DNA of 64,000 bases from Podarcis vaucheri (taxonomy: Eukaryota). Positions within the stretch are counted from its first letter, which is position 1. The number at the start of each line of letters is the position of its first letter. The notes below the pieces were generated by a model. The model ran no database searches and was not told the origin of the DNA. It saw nothing but the letters and a program-made list of their open reading frames with translations. Below are positions 63,188-64,000 of this stretch, one piece after another. The stretch lies in the NCBI GenBank assembly GCA_965113315.1, contig OZ220365.1; one strand, given 5' to 3'. Position numbers and translations under genes: made by a program.

Positions 63188-63958
63188 TATACATATACAT
63201 ATACATATACATGATATATTGAGCTCAAAGCATTTAAGACTCCTCAGATGAACCTTCGATCAACCAATTCACACTGTTGCAAAACATTTCAGAGAGCAAG
63301 ACTGAAATTGGTTTTGAACTTAGTTCAAAACACACTGGGCTTAATTAACTTTTTTTTGTATACCTGGATATTTCCTTCCTTTTTTATAGCAACTGAGTGT
63401 CTCACCCAAGCTTCCTCAACCTCAGCCCTCCAGATGTTTTGAGACTACAGTTCCCATCATCCCTGACCACTGGTCCTGCTAGCTAGGGATCATGGGAGTT
63501 GTAGGCCAAAAAACATCTGGAGAGCCGAGGTTGGAGAAGCCTGGTCTCACCTTTCCACATCTGTTGGGACCTAGAGCCAGTTCAGCAGTTCCTCACCAGT
63601 GCAGATTGGGCAGGTGGCGGTGGTGGGATGGGGGTTGAGATGACCAGAAAAATAGAATTTTATTGCCAGATGCAAGCTTGACTTGTTCAAAGAGCATTAA
63701 AGAAATAAAACAGAGACTCACTGTTTATGTTACAAGATGTGTCAGATTATGAGGAAATGAAAACAAATAGTAGTAGGAAAAGTTTTCACATGCATTCCCT
63801 GCATTTGGTGAGTATCATGTTTGTTGGATTTAACAGACTATTATTATGTCCTCCTTAGTATACCTTTTCAATGTACATTTTTGCAGGGTGCCCCAGGAGT
63901 TCCTGGAGTTGCTGGCCCAACTGGAAAACCAGGAAAACCAGGAGATCGTGGCTCTCCG
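7727..63958 (+). CDS. COL12A1: Collagen type XII alpha 1, partial multi-exon CDS (47 exons in window; FN3-6 to COL2; 5' and 3' ends outside window)
   Basis: Spliced exons give FN3x3-vWA-FN3x10-vWA-TSPN-(Gly-X-Y)n. Recognisable collagen XII peptides: [65 protein letters not shown]. All intron phases are consistent. Confidence 0.97.
9109..9253 (-). mobile_element. tRNA-Lys(CTT)-headed SINE with CR1-type tail
   Basis: Reverse strand TAGCTCAGTCGGTAGAGCATGAGACTCTTAA...GGGTTCAAGCCC (A and B boxes), then CCAACTCTACAAT...ATGATTCTATG. Confidence 0.85.
9471..9737 (+). CDS. COL12A1: COL12A1 exon w2 (267 nt, FN3-7)
   Basis: gaaaag|TG TCT CCT...ACA G|gtacat; [27 protein letters not shown]...GEGTT. Confidence 0.92.
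9810..9887. mobile_element. 78-bp Tc1/mariner mini-element
   Basis: 19-bp TIR CAGGGTGAGTC(T/C)TTTAAAA (1 mismatch), TA on both sides. Confidence 0.85.
10906..10941. repeat. (AAAC)n microsatellite
   Basis: 9 units. Confidence 0.95.
11742..11934 (+). CDS. COL12A1: COL12A1 exon w3 (193 nt, FN3-8 first part)
   Basis: ttgcag|CT TCC CCA...CTC AG|gtattg; [14 protein letters not shown]...VVLEELR; phase 1-2. Confidence 0.95.
12284..12420. mobile_element. hAT-like MITE (family B), second copy at 63008-63140
   Basis: CAGTGCTATTTTTCTAGAAAAAGAGGTGCYGGAACTCAC... shared between both loci. Confidence 0.75.
12471..12680 (+). mobile_element. Old tRNA-derived SINE (MIR/Squam3-like)
   Basis: A-box-like TAGTTTAGTGG, B-box-like GGTTCCAATCC, ends ...ggcgggattaaaa...aataaa. 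Confidence 0.55.
12753..12874 (+). CDS. COL12A1: COL12A1 exon w4 (122 nt, FN3-8 end plus linker)
   Basis: acgcag|G GCA GGC...GAA G|gtaaat; [18 protein letters not shown]...PFLPE; phase 2-1. Confidence 0.94.
13354..13489. mobile_element. Palindromic 136-bp hAT MITE (family A, young copy)
   Basis: Near-perfect ~58-bp arms CAGGCATAGGCAAACTTGG.../...CCAAGTTTGCCTATGCCTG. Perfect 8-bp TSD atttaggg. Confidence 0.92.
14041..14105. mobile_element. Tigger-like mini MITE (65 bp)
   Basis: TA|CAGTGGTACCTC...GAGGTACCACTG|TA; deletion derivative of the family at 23401-23625. Confidence 0.85.
14220..14286. repeat. Compound (GT)n(GA)n microsatellite
   Basis: Read directly; (CA)n(TA)n follows at ~14349-14389. 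Confidence 0.95.
16539..16688 (+). CDS. COL12A1: COL12A1 exon w5 (150 nt, vWA3 start, MIDAS DGSWS)
   Basis: tgacag|GC CTG GAA TGC...ATT G|gtaagc; [27 protein letters not shown]; absent from ORF track. Confidence 0.96.
16770..16889 (+). CDS. COL12A1: COL12A1 exon w6 (120 nt, vWA3)
   Basis: tcccag|CT CTT GCA CAG TAT...ACA G|gtaaca; [13 protein letters not shown]...KGGNTLT; preceded by an 81-nt intron. Confidence 0.95.
17293..17509 (+). mobile_element. 5'-truncated Sauria SINE
   Basis: Aligns by eye with the 3' half of 26215-26565 (gtcatgctggccacatgac, ggctccctc, gagatgagc, caggggtcctttacct). Confidence 0.8.
17668..17832 (+). CDS. COL12A1: COL12A1 exon w7 (165 nt, vWA3)
   Basis: tttcag|GA GAT GCT...GTT G|gtgagt; [15 protein letters not shown]. 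Confidence 0.95.
17973..18119 (+). CDS. COL12A1: COL12A1 exon w8 (147 nt, vWA3 end)
   Basis: tttaag|GT ATC AAA AAT GCT GAT...CCA G|gtatgt; [18 protein letters not shown]...LCNSVRGP. Confidence 0.95.
18959..19101 (+). CDS. COL12A1: COL12A1 exon w9 (143 nt, FN3-9a)
   Basis: tcacag|CT GAT TTG...AAG GAG|gtcagc; [22 protein letters not shown]. Confidence 0.93.
19152..19427 (+). mobile_element. LINE (L2/CR1 group) reverse transcriptase fragment, frameshifted
   Basis: LQWLRSFL...[25 protein letters not shown], then after a G-run frameshift [11 protein letters not shown]. Confidence 0.9.
19533..19662 (+). CDS. COL12A1: COL12A1 exon w10 (130 nt, FN3-9b)
   Basis: atgcag|GTC TTT GTA...ACT T|gtaagt; [27 protein letters not shown]. 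Confidence 0.94.
20642..20787 (+). CDS. COL12A1: COL12A1 exon w11 (146 nt, FN3-10a)
   Basis: ctgcag|TG CCA ATC...AAA CAG|gtaaca; [15 protein letters not shown]. Confidence 0.95.
21074..21203 (+). CDS. COL12A1: COL12A1 exon w12 (130 nt, FN3-10b)
   Basis: ttccag|ATG CGT GTT...ACC T|gtagga; [11 protein letters not shown]. Confidence 0.94.
21277..22115. mobile_element. Old foldback-type element with internal palindromes, interrupted by a younger MITE
   Basis: Left tgtgatttgtgtacaggcaacgtttcacttgcca is the inverse of right tgggtaagtgaggtgttgcctgtacatagt; nested internal inverted arms. Confidence 0.6.
21873..22097 (-). mobile_element. GC-rich hAT MITE (225 bp)
   Basis: TIR CACTGGCGAAG / GCTCCACCACTG. 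8-bp TSD catagtca / catagtta. CpGs retained. Confidence 0.8.
22426..22683 (+). mobile_element. Tc1/mariner (Tc2/pogo-like) MITE with internal hairpin
   Basis: TA|CCGTATTTTTTGCTCTATAAGAC...GTCTTATAGAGCGAAAAATACAG|TA; ~30-bp internal stem. Confidence 0.88.
22897..23036 (+). CDS. COL12A1: COL12A1 exon w13 (140 nt, FN3-11a)
   Basis: ccacag|TA CCT TTA...AAA GAG|gtaggt; [22 protein letters not shown]. Confidence 0.95.
23401..23625. mobile_element. Tigger-like MITE (225 bp)
   Basis: TA|CAGTGGTACCTTGGGTTACATA...TATGTAACCTGAGATGCCACTG|TA. Confidence 0.85.
24066..24195 (+). CDS. COL12A1: COL12A1 exon w14 (130 nt, FN3-11b)
   Basis: gtctag|TTG GAA TTG GAT...ACT T|gtaagt; [19 protein letters not shown]. 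Confidence 0.94.
24233..24363. mobile_element. Decayed family A palindromic MITE
   Basis: Core actagaactcccacca...gtagttcggcaacatctggag. Confidence 0.6.
25837..25973 (+). CDS. COL12A1: COL12A1 exon w15 (137 nt, FN3-12a)
   Basis: tgacag|TA CCA GTA CCA GCA...CTA CAG|gtaaga; [19 protein letters not shown]. Confidence 0.94.
26215..26565 (+). mobile_element. Near full-length Sauria SINE
   Basis: tRNA-related head, gacggggtgagctcccgttgctcggtccc, gtagataaataggtaccgct, ends caggggtccctttt. Squamate-specific family, recognised from memory. Confidence 0.88.
27655..27738. repeat. 28-bp tandem repeat x3 (CTGTAGATGGATTTCTGTATTTAAAGAA)
   Basis: Three head-to-tail units, only the last base differs; no spacers. 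Confidence 0.95.
27835..27967 (+). CDS. COL12A1: COL12A1 exon w16 (133 nt, FN3-12b)
   Basis: ccaaag|ACA ATT CTT AAT GGT...ACA T|gtaaga; [22 protein letters not shown]. Confidence 0.94.
28084..28110 (+). CDS. COL12A1: COL12A1 microexon w17 (27 nt linker, LPEVPLTTA)
   Basis: Strong pyrimidine tract, ctatag|TG CCC GAG GTG CCT CTG ACA ACA GCA G|gtaaga; phase 1-1. Confidence 0.88.
29003..29145 (+). CDS. COL12A1: COL12A1 exon w18 (143 nt, FN3-13a)
   Basis: tttcag|CT CCA ACA GGT...CAA TCG|gtaacc; [21 protein letters not shown]. Confidence 0.95.
30227..30356 (+). CDS. COL12A1: COL12A1 exon w19 (130 nt, FN3-13b)
   Basis: ttttag|ACC ACA GTA GGA...ACC A|gtaagt; [16 protein letters not shown]. Confidence 0.95.
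31584..31911. mobile_element. Decayed hAT-Charlie-like element
   Basis: CAGGCCTTGGGGACAAATGTGGCCC start and GGCCC...TCCCCCATC end. Confidence 0.45.
31912..32344. mobile_element. Decayed hAT-Ac-like element
   Basis: TATGGATGGGGGAGAAATT...AATCCTTCCCTCTCTA termini (TAGGGATG-type TIR). Confidence 0.55.
32384..32501 (+). mobile_element. tRNA-Ile-headed SINE with CR1-type tail (tRNA pseudogene-like)
   Basis: TATCTCAGTTGGTTAGAGCGTGGTGCTGATAACGCCAAGGTCACAGGTTCGATTCCC, then TAGATGATCCTCAGGGTTCCTTCCAAGTCTACAATTC. Confidence 0.85.
32823..32962 (+). CDS. COL12A1: COL12A1 exon w20 (140 nt, FN3-14a)
   Basis: tctcag|AA CCT CTC AAC...GAA CTG|gtattc; [16 protein letters not shown]. Confidence 0.95.
33538..33580. 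repeat. Compound (CAG)n(CAA)n(CCA)n triplet repeat
   Basis: Read directly. Confidence 0.9.
33810..33939 (+). CDS. COL12A1: COL12A1 exon w21 (130 nt, FN3-14b)
   Basis: caacag|GCA ACT GTT CCA...ACT T|gtaagt; [16 protein letters not shown]. Confidence 0.95.
34409..34548. mobile_element. Family A palindromic MITE (older copy)
   Basis: CAGGGTTGGAGAAC...ccctccagatgttgctggac...caacaacatctgaag...ttccccacccc. Confidence 0.7.
34665..34807 (+). CDS. COL12A1: COL12A1 exon w22 (143 nt, FN3-15a)
   Basis: attcag|TA ATG AGA GGA...GAA TCT|gtaagt; [20 protein letters not shown]. Confidence 0.95.
35394..35549 (+). mobile_element. tRNA-Lys-headed SINE with CR1-type tail
   Basis: GATAGCTCAGTCCATAGAGCATAAGACTCTTAAT...TTCCAACTCT...GATTCTATGATT. 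Confidence 0.85.
36082..36211 (+). CDS. COL12A1: COL12A1 exon w23 (130 nt, FN3-15b)
   Basis: ttttag|GTT GTG GTA CCA...ACA T|gtaagc; [23 protein letters not shown]. Confidence 0.95.
36439..36581 (+). CDS. COL12A1: COL12A1 exon w24 (143 nt, FN3-16a)
   Basis: ttttag|TG CCT CGC AGT...GAA TAT|gtaagt; [16 protein letters not shown]. Confidence 0.95.
40004..40133 (+). CDS. COL12A1: COL12A1 exon w25 (130 nt, FN3-16b)
   Basis: ttccag|ACA ACA GTG CCT...ACA G|gtacat; [23 protein letters not shown]. Confidence 0.95.
40525..40644 (+). CDS. COL12A1: COL12A1 exon w26 (120 nt, FN3-17a)
   Basis: cttcag|TT GGG TTG...GTT G|gtaagg; [25 protein letters not shown]. Confidence 0.95.
40820..40966 (+). CDS. COL12A1: COL12A1 exon w27 (147 nt, FN3-17b)
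   Basis: tttaag|GT ACC AAT GAG...ACA T|gtaaga; [24 protein letters not shown]. Confidence 0.95.
41468..41584 (+). CDS. COL12A1: COL12A1 exon w28 (117 nt, FN3-18a)
   Basis: ttgcag|TG TAT TTA AAT...GAT G|gtaaac; [22 protein letters not shown]. Confidence 0.95.
42451..42597 (+). CDS. COL12A1: COL12A1 exon w29 (147 nt, FN3-18b)
   Basis: ttgcag|GA TCC AGA GGG...ACA T|gtaggt; [21 protein letters not shown]. Confidence 0.95.
42739..42880 (-). mobile_element. tRNA-Lys-headed SINE with CR1-type tail
   Basis: Reverse strand GATAGCTCAGTCAATAGAACATGAGACTCTTAATTTCAGGG...CCCAATTCTACAATTCTAGGATTCCATGATTC. Confidence 0.85.
43336..43410 (+). CDS. COL12A1: COL12A1 exon w30 (75 nt, Pro/Thr-rich linker)
   Basis: ttttag|TG ATC AAG CCA...GAT G|gtaagt; [23 protein letters not shown]. 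Confidence 0.95.
43834..43973 (+). CDS. COL12A1: COL12A1 exon w31 (140 nt, vWA4 start, MIDAS DASWS)
   Basis: tttcag|TA TGC AAG GGA...ATT CAG|gtttgt. Confidence 0.95.
44951..45074 (+). CDS. COL12A1: COL12A1 exon w32 (124 nt, vWA4)
   Basis: tttcag|GTT TCT TTG GTG CAA TAC...ACA G|gtactt; [12 protein letters not shown]. Confidence 0.95.
45144..45435. mobile_element. Harbinger-like palindromic MITE split by a second MITE (45178-45343)
   Basis: GGGATTGTATCCA...TTGGATACAA ends. A related uninterrupted copy lies at ~14892-15005. Confidence 0.55.
45526..45669 (+). CDS. COL12A1: COL12A1 exon w33 (144 nt, vWA4)
   Basis: ctgcag|GC AAA GCA CTT...TCT G|gtaagt; [16 protein letters not shown]. Confidence 0.95.
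45839..45979. mobile_element. Palindromic MITE with a 17-bp perfect internal inverted repeat
   Basis: CAGATTTCCACTTGCAC (45874-45890) / GTGCAAGTGGAAATCTG (45939-45955). Confidence 0.6.
46246..46410 (+). CDS. COL12A1: COL12A1 exon w34 (165 nt, vWA4 end)
   Basis: ttgcag|GT TTC AGT GTC...TCA A|gtaagt; [16 protein letters not shown]...FVCETATS. Confidence 0.95.
46869..46907 (+). CDS. COL12A1: COL12A1 exon w35 (39 nt, [13 protein letters not shown])
   Basis: tttcag|CT TGC CCT...CCT G|gtaaga. Confidence 0.93.
47032..47170 (+). CDS. COL12A1: COL12A1 exon w36 (139 nt, TSPN)
   Basis: atacag|GC TTC AGG ATG...ACA AT|gtaagc; [15 protein letters not shown]. Confidence 0.95.
47985..48064. mobile_element. 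Internally deleted family A MITE (80 bp)
   Basis: CAGGCATGGGGAAACT...AGTTCCCCACACCTG with perfect 8-bp TSD ccttacag. Confidence 0.85.
48580..48722 (+). CDS. COL12A1: COL12A1 exon w37 (143 nt, TSPN)
   Basis: taatag|G GAG ATT CAT CCA...GAT T|gtaaga; [25 protein letters not shown]. Confidence 0.95.
49888..49997 (+). CDS. COL12A1: COL12A1 exon w38 (110 nt, TSPN)
   Basis: ccccag|CA TCC AGC AAA...CAC AAG|gtaaat; [17 protein letters not shown]...LFYGSFHK. Confidence 0.95.
53180..53329 (+). CDS. COL12A1: COL12A1 exon w39 (150 nt, TSPN)
   Basis: ctacag|GTT CAT ATT...GCA ACA|gtaagt; [16 protein letters not shown]...[13 protein letters not shown]. Confidence 0.95.
54265..54342 (+). CDS. COL12A1: COL12A1 exon w40 (78 nt, TSPN end)
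   Basis: ttacag|TTA GAG ATC...TCT AGG|gtaaat; [24 protein letters not shown]. Confidence 0.94.
55954..56040 (+). CDS. COL12A1: COL12A1 exon w41 (87 nt, NC3/COL2 junction)
   Basis: tttcag|AGG GAT GAA...CCT GCT|gtaagc; [29 protein letters not shown]. Confidence 0.95.
57429..57482 (+). CDS. COL12A1: COL12A1 exon w42 (54 nt, COL2)
   Basis: ttttag|GGA GGC CCA...CCC TCT|gtgagt; [18 protein letters not shown]. Confidence 0.95.
58392..58487 (+). CDS. COL12A1: COL12A1 exon w43 (96 nt, COL2 with GLSIT imperfection)
   Basis: tttcag|GGG CCA CCT...GAA CCA|gtgagt; [32 protein letters not shown]. Confidence 0.95.
59057..59110 (+). CDS. COL12A1: COL12A1 exon w44 (54 nt, COL2)
   Basis: tcctag|GGT CGT CAA...CGC TCA|gtaagt; [18 protein letters not shown]. 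Confidence 0.95.
59228..59486 (-). mobile_element. Tc2/pogo-like MITE, inverted copy of 22426-22683
   Basis: Reverse complement matches 22426-22683 along its whole length; the spurious ORFs share [18 protein letters not shown]. Confidence 0.88.
59702..59910 (-). mobile_element. CR1 LINE RT fragment
   Basis: Reverse strand encodes [28 protein letters not shown] and RKKQRVGI, typical CR1 RT motifs. Confidence 0.85.
59973..60026 (+). CDS. COL12A1: COL12A1 exon w45 (54 nt, COL2)
   Basis: ctgtag|GGA TCT CCA...GAT AGG|gtaagc; [18 protein letters not shown]. Confidence 0.95.
61222..61275 (+). CDS. COL12A1: COL12A1 exon w46 (54 nt, COL2)
   Basis: aactag|GGG TTC ACT...CCA TTA|gtaagt; [18 protein letters not shown]. 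Confidence 0.95.
61605..61634. repeat. (AC)n microsatellite
   Basis: Read directly. Confidence 0.95.
63008..63140. mobile_element. hAT-like MITE (family B)
   Basis: Matches 12284-12420. Confidence 0.75.
63141..63212. repeat. (ATACAC/ATACAT)n hexamer microsatellite
   Basis: About 12 units; source of the YVYVYV ORF. Confidence 0.9.
63407..63543. mobile_element. Family A palindromic MITE
   Basis: CAAGCTTCCTCAACCTC...GAGGTTGGAGAAGCCTG with perfect 8-bp TSD gtctcacc. Confidence 0.9.
63887..63958 (+). CDS. COL12A1: COL12A1 exon w47 (72 nt, COL2)
   Basis: ttgcag|GGT GCC CCA...TCT CCG|gtaaga; [24 protein letters not shown]. Confidence 0.95.
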
Positions 63959-64000
63959 GTAAGATAATCAATGATTGGCATTTAGTGCATCTGTTGTTAA

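Noticed and set aside
7727-63958. COL14A1 or a pseudogene instead of intact COL12A1
   Set aside because: Ten FN3 repeats between the two vWA domains, three more upstream, and the peptide signatures fit collagen XII. All 47 exons join without stops or frameshifts.

Overview
This is vertebrate (squamate reptile, probably a lacertid lizard) genomic DNA lying entirely inside one plus-strand gene, collagen type XII alpha 1 (COL12A1). I traced 47 consecutive coding exons by hand (7727..63958). All have GT-AG introns with matching phases, totalling 5948 nt (about 1983 codons) with no stop or frameshift. They encode FN3 repeats 6-8, vWA3, FN3 repeats 9-18, a Pro-rich linker, vWA4, the TSPN/LamG domain and most of the COL2 triple helix. 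Both ends of the gene lie outside the window. Domain numbering and human comparisons are from recall, not from a search. Introns are full of squamate repeats: Sauria SINEs, tRNA-Lys- and tRNA-Ile-headed SINEs with CR1-type tails, L2/CR1 RT fragments, many hAT, Tc1/mariner and Harbinger-like MITEs (several with intact TSDs), and microsatellites. Nearly all ORF-track entries are exon read-throughs or noise. I found no prokaryote-type system. The best leads are a candidate unannotated in-frame 33-nt microexon upstream of the short-isoform (XIIB) acceptor, a strong competing acceptor followed by ATG-TAA just before the collagen domain, an apparent RGD-to-HGD change in COL2, a nested multi-hairpin foldback element, and an inverted MITE pair bracketing 32 exons.
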